Positions 34,028 through 47,550 are shown, numbered from the whole stretch's first letter. The stretch: 63,442 bases of DNA, filler included, from Lenisia limosa (GCA_001655205.1; 17 parts of 17 records of this genome joined end to end with filler, not necessarily neighbours in it), one strand, 5' to 3'. Notes: generated by a model not told the origin, from the letters alone. Made by a program: numbers and translations.

Positions 34028-37000
34028 CGTTCCATCTCGTCAAGCATGTAGCTGTTGGCACCACGGAGGATGATGGAAGAGGAGGTGTGCTTCTTGGGGC
34101 CCTTCATCTGTAGGGGTTAGAAGAGAAAAAACAAAACAAACAACAAAAATAATAATATAATAATTATGAAAAAAAAAANNNNNNNNNNNNNNNNNNNNNN
34201 NNNNNNNNNNNNNNNNNNNNNNNNNNNNNNNNNNNNNNNNNNNNNNNNNNNNNNNNNNNNNNNNNAACAAAAACAATAATATAATAATTATGAAAAAAAA
34301 AACAACACAAACAATAATATAATAACATTATAAACAAATAAAAAACAACAAAAACAATAATAATATAACAAAATTGGAATTTTCAGGGTCTTTATCACCA
34401 ATGTATAAGCAATATTAATGCCTAAACGTGAATAGTCCTGTCTCCTTGAACCCACGAGGATAAGCTCGTCGTCAGCAATGCGGGTCTGAACGAACTCGGC
34501 GGCCTCACCCAGAACGGCAGGGTCGAATTCCTCTTCTCCCTCGAGGTTGGACATGGAGAGGACAACCTGGGGGTTAAAGATGGAAAGTTTTTGAGAAAAA
34601 AAAGAGAACCAAAATCAACTATAAAACGAAAAAAGCNNNNNNNNNNNNNNNNNNNNNNNNNNNNNNNNNNNNNNNNNNNNNNNNNNNNNNNNNNNNNNNN
34701 NNNNNNNNNNNNNNNNNNNNNNNNNNNNNNNNNNNNNNNNNNNNTGGTAAATTCATCTTTATCTTACACATTCATATTTTCTCAATTCGCACCAACGCCC
34801 TGCCCTGCCCTCACTCCGGCATGAAAAAGACCGGTAAAAGATCGAAATATATACAGAGACCGGGTAAGTCTTGACCGTTTTTCCTTCGGAAATCACTCAG
34901 CAAATCGGTGAAGACTTATCGCGGATATTTATGATTTATCGATAAAATCAGTCTTTTTTCGAAATTGAAGCTCAATCCATACCCCCCCGGACCTTAGCAC
35001 CAGTACTACGGGCAATGCGTTTCATGTCCTCCTTCAACACGCGTCTGCAGGCCATGATGCCGGCCTCAACGAACATCTTCAGGCAAAGGTCATCGATACC
35101 CTAGAATATGGTCAATATATTGAGATGAAAAAAAAAAAAAACAAAAAATAAAAAAAAACTAGGTAGTATTTGGCCGAAGCTGTCCACACCATCACGCTTA
35201 GTAAGTACCAAGAGGAGGTGGGGGGACTGGACAATTTATGAAACAAAAGACCGGAGAGAGACAAAAAGGACAATTATGAAANNNNNNNNNNNNNNNNNNN
35301 NNNNNNNNNNNNNNNNNNNNNNNNNNNNNNNNNNNNNNNNNNNNNNNNNNNNNNNNNNNNNNNNNNNNNNNNNNNNNNNNNNNNNNNNNNNNNNNNNNNN
35401 NNNNNNNNNNNNNNNNNNNNNNNNNNNNNNNNNNNNNNNNNNNNNNNNNNNNNNNNNNNNNNNNNNNGGACGACGTTGGCGCCACTGTCAATGATCTTCT
35501 GCACACGCTCCATGGTGATGGTGGTCTCACTGTGGGGTGTAACGAAGGAAAAGTATGAAAATTAAATAAAATAAAGTTATAAAAAAACGAAGCCCAAAAT
35601 CAACTCTGTTGGCTGACNNNNNNNNNNNNNNNNNNNNNNNNNNNNNNNNNNNNNNNNNNNNNNNNNNNNNNNNNNNNNNNNNNNNNNNNNNNNNNNNNNN
35701 NNNNNNNNNNNNNNNNNNNNNNNNNNNNNNNNNNNNNNNNNNNNNNNNNNNNNNNNNNNNNNNNNNNNNNNNNNNNNNNNNNNNNNNNNNNNNNNNNNNN
35801 NNNNNNNNNNNNNNNNNNNNNNNNNNNNNNNNNNNNNNNNNNNNNNNNNNNNNNNNNNNNNNNNNNNNNNNNNNNNNNNNNNNNNNNNNNNNNNNNNNNN
35901 NNNNNNNNNNNNNNNNNNNNNNNNNNNNNNNNNNNNNNNNNNNNNNNNNNNNNNNNNAAGAAAAAACAACAACAACAACAACAAAAAAAAACCCTGATAT
36001 AACAAAAGTATCAGTCCATAGTAAAGCCCATAGTAGCATACCTTGCAGTTAGTAAGCTTCTTAGGCATCTGGTGGTCAGCAACAGTGCAGTTGAGAGCGT
36101 AACCGTCAACAAGCATCGATTCGACTGCGGACTTGCCGTGAGCCTTAAGGACGCGGACGGCCTTGATAGGGTACTTGGCCTGGGCAGAGTAAACGAAGAA
36201 AATTTCGATGAAGAATATTGACGTAATGGTACTAATCACGAAATGAATAATCTGAAACCCCAAACAAACAAAAAACAAATAATAATAGACACGAGCAACC
36301 AACGCTAAAGCAAGACAAAAAATGGCCTTGGAAACGAAGGAAATTTAGACGAAGAAAATGGGAGAGAGAGAGAGGTAAGTGGAATTACCGATGTGTAATG
36401 ATGATGCCCCCGACCCTCCATGAAAGACAACTCCCCCATACCTTGCCTTGAAGGTCGATAGTCTTAATGGCGAGAACTGCGTCAACAATCATGTGGCTGA
36501 AGAAGTCCATATGTTGTCCGATAATCTTGGAGGACATGGAGGTCTTGGCAGCATTGATGAGGCATTCGCGGCCTGGAGGAGTGAAATTGGAAAACTTATG
36601 AAACGAAAAAGAAGCCCAAAATCAATTCTTTTGGCTGACAATACACGAGGGTGGATAACAACAAAACANNNNNNNNNNNNNNNNNNNNNNNNNNNNNNNN
36701 NNNNNNNNNNNNNNNNNNNNNNNNNNNNNNNNNNNNNNNNNNNNNNNNNNNNNNNNNNNNNNNNNNNNNNNNNNNNNNNNNNNNNNNNNNNNNNNNNNNN
36801 NNNNNNNNNNNNNNNNNNNNNNNNNNNNNGAAAAGAAGGGGGTGCCAAGGCTTCACTTCGGTTTGAACCGAAGTGAAGCCCTAGGGATGACGATGCAAAT
36901 CAAACGCACGATGGAAACTCGTCCCAATGGTATACTATGGTATCTGATAATTACGCGGCTTTGGTTATTTTTGTACAAGTTGAAATAGTGTAAGAAAAGT

Positions 37001-38025
37001 GGCGGAAGCTATTGAACCAAAAGCCCACGGAGAATGGTCACAAAAGCAAAATAAAAGTGCTACTAGGAAGCAAGCAATACTGTGAAAATTGCGACCTATG
37101 AGGCGGAGGGGATAGATTCAATATGAAATTGGCGGTCAAACAACGCCGACAATATGATGATCATGTTGCAAAGAAGCACAGGGAGAAAGCCGCATACCAA
37201 GGTCGTCAACACGCTCGGCAAGGGTCTTTTTGATGAACTTTACACACTGCTTGCAGGCGTCACGATAGCCGGAGATCACGGTGGTGGGGTGCACCTTTTC
37301 TCTGATCAGCTCCATAGCGTTCTGTGGACGGGTTAGCTTCAAATAAAGACGCAAGAAGGCCAGGAGAGAGACGACGGAGGGTGTCTTAAGCAAAAAGGGA
37401 GGGTGAAAGTCGGGATTTGTTCTCAAACCTTAAGAAGCTCGGCAGCAACGACGACAACAGAAGTGGTACCGTCACCAACTTCACTGTCTTGGAGATCAGC
37501 GACCTCAACGAGAACCTTAGCGGCAGGATGCTCAACTAAATACGTTAATGCCACTAAAAATGAGATCATAACACTTGTTTTACAACAAAAACACCCGATT
37601 CAGCCATGAACACTACCACTGCTCAAGAAGATCATTCCTAGAAAACAAAAGAATAGCAATAAGCTCATTTGCGTTGATATTGCTCTCTAACATCAATATT
37701 GGTTCGTAACGAGGCAATTAAGCACAAAACAAAGAGAATGCCTACCATCAAGAAGCTTGAGGATAGTAGCACCGTCATTGGTGATGGTAACCTCACCAAG
37801 TTCATCAACCATCATTTTATCAAGTCCCTCAGGGCCAAGAGAAGTCTTAACAATGTTTGCGATGGCAGTAACGGCTTGAACTAAAAACTAATTAGGACAG
37901 CCATGGGATTGCTTGCTGTCATTTGAACGTAGTAGAGTGAGAAGTTGTAAACCCCGCCAACCGTTCTGAGTACGAACGTCCATACCCTTCTGGCGTTCAC
38001 CAGCAATTGAAAGAAGCTTCTCCAT
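34028..38025 (-). CDS. TCP1: T-complex protein 1 subunit alpha (CCT1), 3' truncated
   Basis: [133 protein letters not shown]. Confidence 0.97.
36849..36883. mobile_element. Fully collapsed MITE C (TIRs only)
   Basis: GGCTTCACTTCGGTT-TG-AACCGAAGTGAAGCC-CTA, a 15-bp perfect stem with a 2-nt loop. Confidence 0.9.
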
Positions 38026-38289
38026 GATTACGTACAAACTACACAAGAAATGCACAGAAGAGGTCATTTTTCAAAACTTATTTTAGTTTTATACTTGTAC
38101 CAGTGATATATCTTTGAAAGTGACAAATTTCAGGGACTGTCCCTTTCGGCCCCATCTTAGGTCACCCATCTATATTTGACGGCTCTATTAAGAGAGGAAC
38201 GGTGTAGTGCGGAAAACACACGTGAGTAGGTTTGTTTGCAAGAAATCATCAACGATCTCTTCACCACATCCCGTTTCAATCCACTTAAA

Positions 38290-39375
38290 CCGCTTACAAC
38301 GACAGGATCATTGAGTAGAAGCTGGTGAGCAACCGCCTGACTTCGCACCATGGAACCTCAGGGTGATGAGAGTAGGAAGGGGTTGTTCTGACTAAGCAAG
38401 CGTAATTAGTTCTGATGCTTGTTTTATGTCACTTATTAATTGCTTCTTGTTTCAAGACGTAGTTGTTGTATTGCTTATAATCTTTGTGGTAGTAGAGAGT
38501 TCTTGTTTGTTCCATTAGTTTCTTTTCCAATTATTTTAAGTACCTCTAGTATTACTGGGCTTCTATTGAGCGTTATTGTAGGACTATCGATACCATTTGA
38601 ACGGTCAATCCTCTTTTCAACGTAATATTTTATCTTCGAGCACTTCTCAGAATACTACGAAAACGGGATACTACTGCAGATGATGAGGCGGGTTGATTTC
38701 AATGATCAAATTAATCATTTTTTTTCACGGATGACGGGGGCAACATCGGCAATTTCGAATCCTTTTGCTTTTACTGCATGTGCTGCTGTAACACCGAAAC
38801 ACTAAGCTTAAAAATGACGTGGTGTTCATGTAGTTTTTTTTAAGATTGAACATGTTTTGATCACTCACTTAACATTCGTTCCCAGAAATCAACAGATGAG
38901 CTTAAATGGTAAAAAATGCATTATTTAGTAATATAATAACTTGCTGATCCCCTATTACAGAGACCAGAGTTTTCCCCAGATATGACATAACTCCGTACCT
39001 GGGGTGTCTGGTACGCGAGTGGCCGGAAGCGATTGTTGAAATTACAACTTTCCAAAATGATGCGTGATTTTTATTTTGAGTCACTTTTTCAAAAAAATAA
39101 TATCATTTTTCGGATCCTAAATAGCTGATATTTACCCCCCCTGTACTCTTAGCTAGCAGGACGGAATGCCGTTTATATCTTTTTGATTTACGGTGTTGAA
39201 GACTGGGAGCCTTTTTGGCTCAAGGATTCATCATATGATCTAGTTCAATGATGTCAATATCTCGTTCCGTTTACTCGTTCACTTTTTCATTTTTTGTTTC
39301 TGGAACTAGTTGTTTGGCCTGTTAGTTTTGATACCGCTTCTTCCACATCAGTGGATTCTGTTCACCTTGCTGCAT
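38290..39375 (-). CDS. Hypothetical multi-exon protein upstream of TCP1
   Basis: Phase-consistent first exons MQQGEQNPLMWKKR-SYDESLSQKGSQSSTP-CNFNNRFRPLAYQTPQ. The 3' exons are uncertain. Confidence 0.4.
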
Positions 39376-39435
39376 TTTTCATATTAACAAATGATAGTGT
39401 GCGTTTTTAATTGCATTTCACTCTTATTGTTCATG

Positions 39436-39782
39436 ATATGCTGCAGCACCAAAACCGTGTCATTAATTCAAAAACCGTGTCATTAATTATTTGTGTGAAT
39501 TTTGCTTTCGTAGAACCCAACAGTTGGTTTAAAATGACAAAAAAATTGCAAACTTAGATAGAGGGGGTGAAAAGGAAAAAAATCTGGCGAAAAGGGAATG
39601 AACTGAACTGTGAACTGAACTTTTCACTTCAAAATTTTTTTTTCTAAGAGTTTTATGGAGAGTTGTAAGGATATTTTTGGATATAGAGATATAATTGAGG
39701 TGCAGGGGTTTGTATTCTGAATTAATGACACGGTTTTTGAATTAATAATACGGGGTTTGACGGTTTTGGTGCTGCAACATAT
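39436..39782. mobile_element. About 350-bp TIR element (family G) with subterminal repeats
   Basis: Left end atatgctgcagcaccaaaaccg, right end cggttttggtgctgcaacatat. aaaaccgtgtcattaatt is repeated at the left end and inverted at the right end. Confidence 0.75.
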
Positions 39783-40545
39783 CTTATATATTACCCCCGC
39801 TGTTAATTGTGCTGCTCNNNNNNNNNNAAAAAAATTTCTTAAAAGAGTTTTATGGAGGGCTGTAAGGCTATTTTTGGATATAGCGATAAAATTGAGGTGC
39901 AGGGGTTGGTTTTCTGAATTAATGACACGGTTTTTGAATTAATAACACGGTTTTGGTGCTGCAACATATATACATGTATATACAAGATATTGCTGAAACT
40001 GCTAAACAATATTCAGTAACGGCGCAAGCAATTGAAGTTGTTCCTATTCCTTTTGGATCTAGTGAAGACTTAACTGGTTGGGTTGATGCTGCAACTTATA
40101 TAAATGAAGATAAAATGTTTATTAACAAGGCAGGTGTGTATTTAATAAATTATAATAGACATTTCAAATGTTTCCAATTTTCTCAACAATAAAATGCACA
40201 AAACCCCACAAAACCGTTTTCAATATAAAATTCTTCCCTTTATTTGCAATTTTACCCCTCTCCCTCCAGAACTAAAAAGTAAGCATACTATATAATATGA
40301 TAATTGAACATAGAGATGGGAAATAAAGCATGGTGGCATCCGGCGGAAGCTGTCCACACCATCACGCTGATAAGAGATATTAGAGTCTGGGGTATAGTAC
40401 TAACTCAACCAATTCAACTGTTGGCATTCACTACAATGATGACCATGAACCATTAACAGTGAACTAAAGAGTCTACTTAAGTAAGGGTTTGGTTCACATT
40501 TTTGAAATAATTAAACAAGCCAAGAAGATGAGGTCACCTTCTTCA

Positions 40546-41705
40546 GACAGCCGCGAAGATAATTGAGTTTTTGCGCTGAAAAGAGAGTAGTGAATTCACG
40601 TAAACTGAAATTAAACTAATCAAGTGTCTTGTTATCATAACCGCCAACTTTTACGGCGGCCTGCTTGGATGGCGATCAGGCATTGGGAGGTAGATGTGGG
40701 CGATAATATGGTCGGCTGGGCCCATGGGGAGCTGAGCCTTCCTTGTGATCTTCTTCTATTCCATGAACGCTCGCTGCGGGCACACTTCCTCTTCCTCTTC
40801 CACAAGCAATAGAAACTCGACAGACTGGCCTAAAGGGTGAAATCAGCATATCCACCAGGACCAAATATTGACAACAATATTCTTACCAATTCGAAACTTG
40901 TTCTTTGATGACTTCAGGATACCAACCATCACGCTGGGCTTCTCCTCCGGCCAAATAAAGCAACTATATTCTAAGTCATTCCCAAGGCGAAAACCCCAGA
41001 AGAACATGATCGATACAATAAACGTGTAGAGATTAAGAATTGTATTCTGATACAATTTAAGCTGAGTGTCTTGATGATATATCACAAAATTTTTTTTGAA
41101 AATCACCCCTTACTGCAAGCATTGATTTATTCCCTCATCGTTTTTCAGGAACCAGTGTGCAGTCACCAAGTCCTTGAACTCAAAAATATTGTAAATGAGT
41201 TTTTCAAATGATTCTTCGGACTATAATAAATAAGATCATTGACCAACCCCGTGAAATTTTACAGAAACATACAAATTTCAACATACGAAACACTGAAATG
41301 CCTTTGGAAAATAAATTCATCGAAAGGCCATTGGCTGACTTCCTTGCCAGGATCCTCAGAACAAGAGCATCCACTGCATCCTGATCCAAAAAGATTGAAT
41401 CGCGGTCCAAGTCTAAACAGTTACATGATAAAAGAAACTCTCACCCCCTTTTAACAATTCATCCTGGGCTGACTCAACCTGCCAAGCTAACTCCAGCGTC
41501 TTGGCTGCAGACGCCCTACGCTTCTTACGGCGGATGATTTAACCAACGTACGTTAGTGATGGTGTTTTTGAGACAAAAACTGGCTTGTAAAGTTTTGACA
41601 CNNNNNNNNNNNNNNNNNNNNNNNNNNNNNNNNNNNNNNNNNNNNNNNNNNNNNNNNNNNNNNNNNNNNNNNNGCGTAGGGTCTTCAATGACTGGGGGCA
41701 TTGCA
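40546..41705 (-). CDS. Hypothetical multi-exon protein
   Basis: Candidate exons IIRRKKRRASAAKTLELAWQ, DAVDALVLRILARKSANG, LAGGEAQRDGWYPEVIKEQVSNW. Frame joining not resolved. Confidence 0.35.
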
Positions 41706-42752
41706 GCAATATGCTACAAACTGTTACAGTAGACCGCATTCAAAAAAAACTTGATCTTAACATTCAGTCAATTTGCAGCATCAAACAAAATATCTAATCA
41801 ACCCACTCTGTTGGCGTAGTTCTCGTCAATCATACTCTAAAAAGGTGAAAAGGTGGCTTTGACCGATAAAATCATTAAACTTACATTGTCGTCAGTGTTG
41901 GCGCCATCTATAACCATTAATATTATGTACAATACTCTAAATTCTGGTTTCATTACCCCCCCCCTACCCCTCATACCAGCAACTGCCAGAACCAGAGAAT
42001 TATATCTTACAAAATACCAGCAGCAACACCCCCCCCCCNNNNNNNNNNNNNNNNNNNNNNNNNNNNNNNNNNNNNNNNNNNNTTAATTAATTAANNNNNN
42101 NNNNNNNNNNNNNNNNNNNNNNNNNNNNNNNNNNNNNNTTTGAACGTCCAGATGCAACCGGACTTTGTTGTTGCTTTGAACGTCCAGATGCAACCGGATT
42201 TGAGATGCTAGTAACGAGAATTCGCGGACGTTCTCAGAGAATCGTTATATCTTGTAATTAAATCCATCTGACAGTGCACATGTAAAGTTTACCATTTGCC
42301 CAACCCCAACCCCAACCCCATTATTTTGGTATGTCACTTTCAGTATCACGGTCAGAAATCTATGGTGGCTCCGAGGTCAGAGCTTCACTTTCGGTTTCGA
42401 AAGACTTGTAAAACATCGATATAGAGGATCTATCGATAATTCAGTCTTTTTTTGGAACCGAAGAGAATTATTTTGTTTTAGTTTTGTTATTTTTTTTTAC
42501 CTTACCTAGGAAGAGTTGGGTGCTGACAATATATATGTTTCTGAACATGGAATGTCAGCAGGAAGTAAAAAAAAAAACACTGGATTTGTCGCTTTCTCAC
42601 AATTGTGCAATTCGTTTTTTTTTTTCAGAATTGCGGAGGGNNNNNNNNNNNNNNNNNNNNNNNNNNNNNNNNNNNNNNNNNNNNNNNNNNNNNNNNNNNN
42701 NNNNNNNNNNNNNNNNNNNNNNNNNNNNNNNNNNNNNNNNNNNNNNAGACAC

Positions 42753-42868
42753 CAATAAAAATATATGCGAAATAGTCAACAATTGCAATAAAAATATAAG
42801 CGAAATAGTCAACAATTGCAATAAAAATATATGCGAAATAGTCAATACCAAAAAAATATATGCGAAAT
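42753..42868. repeat. 33-bp AT-rich minisatellite
   Basis: About 3.5 copies of caataaaaatatatgcgaaatagtcaacaattg. Confidence 0.9.
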
Positions 42869-42924
42869 AAAACAAGGTTGCATCTGGTCAAAGCCAACTG
42901 ATTTGTCGAAATAAGAAGACTACC

Positions 42925-43789
42925 CAATTTTTGCTTACGATTGGGGTCGTAGAACGTACTCAGCTTTTGAATAGCTTCACTAGCGGGTCAAATAAGGTTG
43001 AAGAATATGGTCAAATTGGAAGGTGGGAGGTATGAAGAATATGGTCTGACCCTAAAACAGAGGATTTTCACTTTGGTCAAATAAATGGTTTGGCAACTTT
43101 TGCTTGTCCAAGCAGGAGGGTCTATTTTTTATTGAGATAAATAATAAAAAATGCAACATAATTAATAGAGTTTAATACTCAATCAAAAAGAACACCCTTC
43201 CTACTCGAGTAAAATTGAGGACTCTCGACCTCCGAGAGGGGCCAAAATAGCCTTGAAGTACTGCAGCCCCACTTCCAGCTGAAATGGAATAATATAAGAA
43301 AATAAAAAAAAGATAATGTTTTATGAAATCAAAACAATGGAAGTGTTTGGGAGATTAAAAGTGGAATATAATAAGAAATCAGAAAAAACGGAAATGGAGG
43401 TGTTTATAAAAAAAAAAAACGGTTCGGAAAAGACCGATAAAATTTCGATATTTCGAGGATTTATCGAGAATTTCAGTCTTTAGTCCAACCAAAGTGAAGT
43501 CTTAGCTGTATTATATCATTGAAAATGGGGGGTTGTGAGCAAATAAAATGGGAATATTTTAAGAGAGCAACAGAAAAAAGAGGGTGTTTACGAGATCAAC
43601 TAAATATGTAAATTATCTGTAATCATAGAAAATGTGGGTTTTGATGTGATCAATTAAAATGAATGATATTTATGGGATCAACCGATTGGCATTATTTAAC
43701 CCTCCAAACCTGAAAGGCGGCCTGAGGGGACATGGAATTGAAGATCATGATACACTCGCGCAGTCGATGGGCAATGGCAAAAGTAACTC
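42925..43789 (-). CDS. Hypothetical protein fragment
   Basis: Exons VTFAIAHRLRECIMIFNSMSPQAAFQ-LEVGLQYFKAILAPLGGRESSILLE and EAIQKLSTFYDPNRKQKL with canonical splice sites. Confidence 0.45.
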
Positions 43790-43902
43790 TGGGGGGGGGG
43801 GGNNNNNNNNNNNNNNNNNNNNNNNNNNNNNNNNNNNNNNNNNNNNTTAATTAATTAANNNNNNNNNNNNNNNNNNNNNNNNNNNNNNNNNNNNNNNNNN
43901 NN

Positions 43903-46900
43903 CAGCCATGTTCCGCTGTATCCTCAATGACCCTTTGGTCATCCCAAACCCCCCAGACTATACGCCATCGATGTCCACGGCCACGTCTGTCAGTGATAAA
44001 CTGGGTGACCTCCCCTCGAAGTGGGCTGTTTTACTGTTTTACTGTTGCTATTCCCATCTGTTCGAATAACAGGTGGTCTAATCCAATGTCTCTTAACGTG
44101 ATGGTGTGGACTGCTTCAGCCCAGATATAACCTTGTTTTTTTCTCATCGCTATATCTGGGATTATGAACTAGGTACCCACGCATATATAATATATATTGT
44201 ATACTATCTTTCCTTATGAAACAGGACGTCACCGTCACATCGCCGAACCCCTTTAGACTCACAACTGACCCTCATTGACTCGTCATCCCTTTCCTCTTCC
44301 TCTTCTTTCGATCAAGGTCACGTGATGAATGTTGGCTGGATNNNNNNNNNNNNNNNNNNNNNNNNNNNNNNNNNNNNNNNNNNNNNNNNNNNNNNNNNNN
44401 NNNNNNNNNNNNNNNNNNNNNNNNNNNNNNNNNNNNNNNNNNNNNNNNNNNNNNATAGCTACGGTCCGAAAAAGACCGTCAAAATATTGATATTCATCGA
44501 GAATTTATCGAGAAATTCAGTCTTTTTGGGACCGTAGAAGTCTTAGCTACATATAACCGGAGAAATAAGGTTGTCTGTCAAGCATCGATAAAATCACGTA
44601 ATAATGCAACACCAGTGTTAACTGCATTAACGAAGCAGTCCCAATCCAGTGTGGTTCGGATGGACAGCTTATCCCCGGGCCAATCTCCTGCATTCCCCAC
44701 AAAATCGCCGCATTCGCCGCAACTCATGAGCGAAGCGTGTTACACCCCGATCATGCAGGCGCCGGCGTCCTTCCGGTCTGCTGGTTGCCGATATTTATAT
44801 TATATGCGGCCGTTCAAAATTCTGGTTTTTTTTGCTAATTCTGGTTTTTTTCAGGGACTCAAATAATTTAGAGCTCTATCTATCCCAAATTTTTTACTTT
44901 GATTAGAATTTAAAACTGACTTTTGAAATGAAGCGGAAAACAAATCACCCCGCATTATACTATTATTTTCTGCCCCTTTGGCTTTCTCTGTTCTTCCAAT
45001 GAGGGATGGGGGCGTTCTGCCTTCTATTTTGTTAACATCGGCAGGTCTCTTCCAGCCCAGCCCGGGGATAATCCATTCCCGCGCGGGGACAGCTACACGA
45101 CTATCGAGGAGGAGTCTATCGTGTCCCCCACCAACAACCAGTTGTCACCCCGTGCCACGAAGGGTGCCAATGACATTGATAGCCTCACTGACTTCCTCTC
45201 GCGTCTCCTGGATAAGGTGCGGCTTATTTCGCTTTCTCAACTCGTGTTGGGTTTTTGTTGTTTGGTTTTGTTTTATTTTGCCTTATAGTAGATGTCCCTG
45301 TTTTCTCAACTTTTATTATCTTTGTTTTTTTCCTGTTTCCTCTTTCAAAAACCGTATATCACACCACACCCCCTCTCCGAAGCGACTGGCCTGGGCTTNN
45401 NNNNNNNNNNNNNNNNNNNNNNNNNNNNNNNNNNNNNNNNNNNNNNNNNNNNNNNNNNNNNNNNNNNNNNNNNNNNNNNNNNNNNNNNNTAGAGTTGATT
45501 TTGGTCCTTTTTTGTTACAAAAATTTCAACCCCTGTCATCTAGATTTCCTTCGTTTTACCCCCCCCCCCTCCCACCTAGAATCCTGAAACCCGCATCACG
45601 ATGCCCGAAATAGTTGAGCACCCATGGGTGACTGCCCAAGGTCTTTATCGCGTAGGGGGCGTTTTTCTGGCCTTGACCTTTTCAATTCACCTGGGCTGGG
45701 CCTTGTTTGTTTTGCAACCGCATGAGTTTCTCAAGTGTTTAGTCAACTGTGTTCATTTTGGCGTTTCTTTCGAAAATTTTCCATTTTTTCTATCTGGCAG
45801 CAACAGAGTTGATTTCGGGCTTTTTTTTCGTAAATTTCCCCATTTTACCCCCCTCCCCCCAGGTACCAATCACACCAACCAAGCGGCAGAGCCCGAGTAT
45901 TATCGATATTTCTGCGGCGGTGTCGATGGGNNNNNNNNNNNNNNNNNNNNNNNNNNNNNNNNNNNNNNNNNNNNNNNNNNNNNNNNNNNNNNNNNNNNNN
46001 NNNNNNACGGACCGGGCGCAGAGTGGGGGGGGGGCTGAATTATCCGAACTCCAATAAGCAAGAAATGCGAGGGGTTATTGATGAGATTCATCACTTCGGT
46101 CCAATAGGTTCGTGAAGTGCTCCTGTTTCTGTCGTTTTCTGTAGTGTTTTGTGGACAATTCAACTGCCAGATCTTTTTGATCCGAGTTTCAATACTGCAA
46201 AAAGGCCATTCTGACAATATAGGCCTCCATTATTTCACATACCGGAGGGATGTTGGTCACCCCACAAAGCTCCTTGACATCTCTCGATGTAAGCTCATGA
46301 CTTGTCCTCAAAAAAAACCTTACCTACTTACCATATTAGGCAAGTAGCCACATGAAGGCCCAGCCCCCCCGTAACCGGCGTGTTTCAATGGAAATGGTTC
46401 GAAGTCAGTCTGGTACGTCTTTTCACGTCGTGGCCGGCGCTGGTGGAGCTAGTGGTAGGGGCGGGGGGTTGTTATATGGTGTAGGGCTTCACTTTGGTTC
46501 GAAAAAAGACTGAATTTCTCGATAAATCCTTGAAATTTATCGACATTTTTGGTATTTTTCGAACCGAAGTGAAGCCCTAGTTGTAGGGGATGTGGTCTTC
46601 GGCCAGATGTCATCTAGTTTTTGTTTTCATTACCACACATACACTTGTCCTTGAAAATTCGCTTTGTCTTACACACGTTGTGCTTCAGCCTTTTGTACAT
46701 GACTGCTGTTCCTTAGGCTTCACTTCGGTTCGGGAAAATAGCGATAGTTTTCGTGGATTTATCGAGAAATTAAATCTTTTTTCGGATCGAAGTGAAGCCC
46801 TATCTGTTCCTTTCCTTCCTTTCAGCTACCCTTACTACTTACAGAAGACAACCACAGGGTACTGGTCAAAACCAAGAGCGGCTTCCATGAATTACCCAAA

Positions 46901-47550
46901 CGGTAAGCGGGGGAGGGGTGGGGGTAAGATTGGAAAATTTATGAAACAAAAAAGCCCAAATCGACTCTGTTCGGGGGTCACTTTGATATTGGGGGGGCAA
47001 GATAACAGATCTTTAGATCACCATTTGCCCAGTCAATAACAGATCTAGAACACCATTTGCCCGAAGAAAGTCGATTGCGTCTTCTCCTTCCGCTCGCTTC
47101 AGTACTATCAAGGAATCGGCAGAAGAGCTACAGTAGGCATGGTGTAAACAAGGCTTCCTTATGGTCCCCTAGCCCTCCTTGGGGAGTAGGAGGGAGGATC
47201 AATTGCCCATCAGGTTGAGATGCTTGCTACATTGAAATAACAACACCATCTACAGTATCCCGCGTTGCATACCATCGCTATTCTTGCCATATGCCAACAA
47301 CCCACGTGGAGCTTCAAATGCTCATGTTGCTATGGCCAGATACAACCTTGTTTTATTGCTTCTCTCCCTATACCCTCTAAGCAGCAATACAATGTTTTCC
47401 GTTTCTCTGTTGTTATTCCCCCCCCCCCCCNNNNNNNNNNNNNNNNNNNNNNNNNNNNNNNNNNNNNNNNNNNNNNNNNNNNNNNNNNNNNNNNNNNNNN
47501 NNNNNNNNNNNNAAACGGTGTCATCCTTTGCGATTGTGGAGGAGGAGTAG
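43903..47550 (+). CDS. CaMKK-like Ser/Thr kinase, C-terminal part, with long insert
   Basis: AMFRCILNDPLVIP (subdomain X) and [29 protein letters not shown] (subdomain XI; CaMKK [9 protein letters not shown]..HPWVT), followed by a Ser/Pro-rich tail. The 3' end is uncertain. Confidence 0.75.
46482..46802. mobile_element. Two MITE family C copies (46482-46579, 46714-46802) around a family D fragment
   Basis: Both have TA-(G)GGCTTCACTT..AAGTGAAGCCC-TA ends. ggtcttcggccagat lies between them. Confidence 0.88.

Noticed and set aside
34120-34320. Direct repeat flanking the N gap in a TCP1 intron
   Set aside because: Same sequence on both sides of a gap, which is a typical unmerged contig overlap.
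39640-39968. Tandem second right end of the family G element
   Set aside because: Two diverged versions are separated by a 10-N gap, most likely two haplotypes scaffolded in tandem.
42299-42320. CCCCAA repeats as a telomere or telomere-addition site
   Set aside because: Only about three units, internal to the scaffold.
42597-42927. Hydrophobic repetitive ORFs suggesting membrane proteins
   Set aside because: They are translations of the 33-bp minisatellite bridged by N runs.
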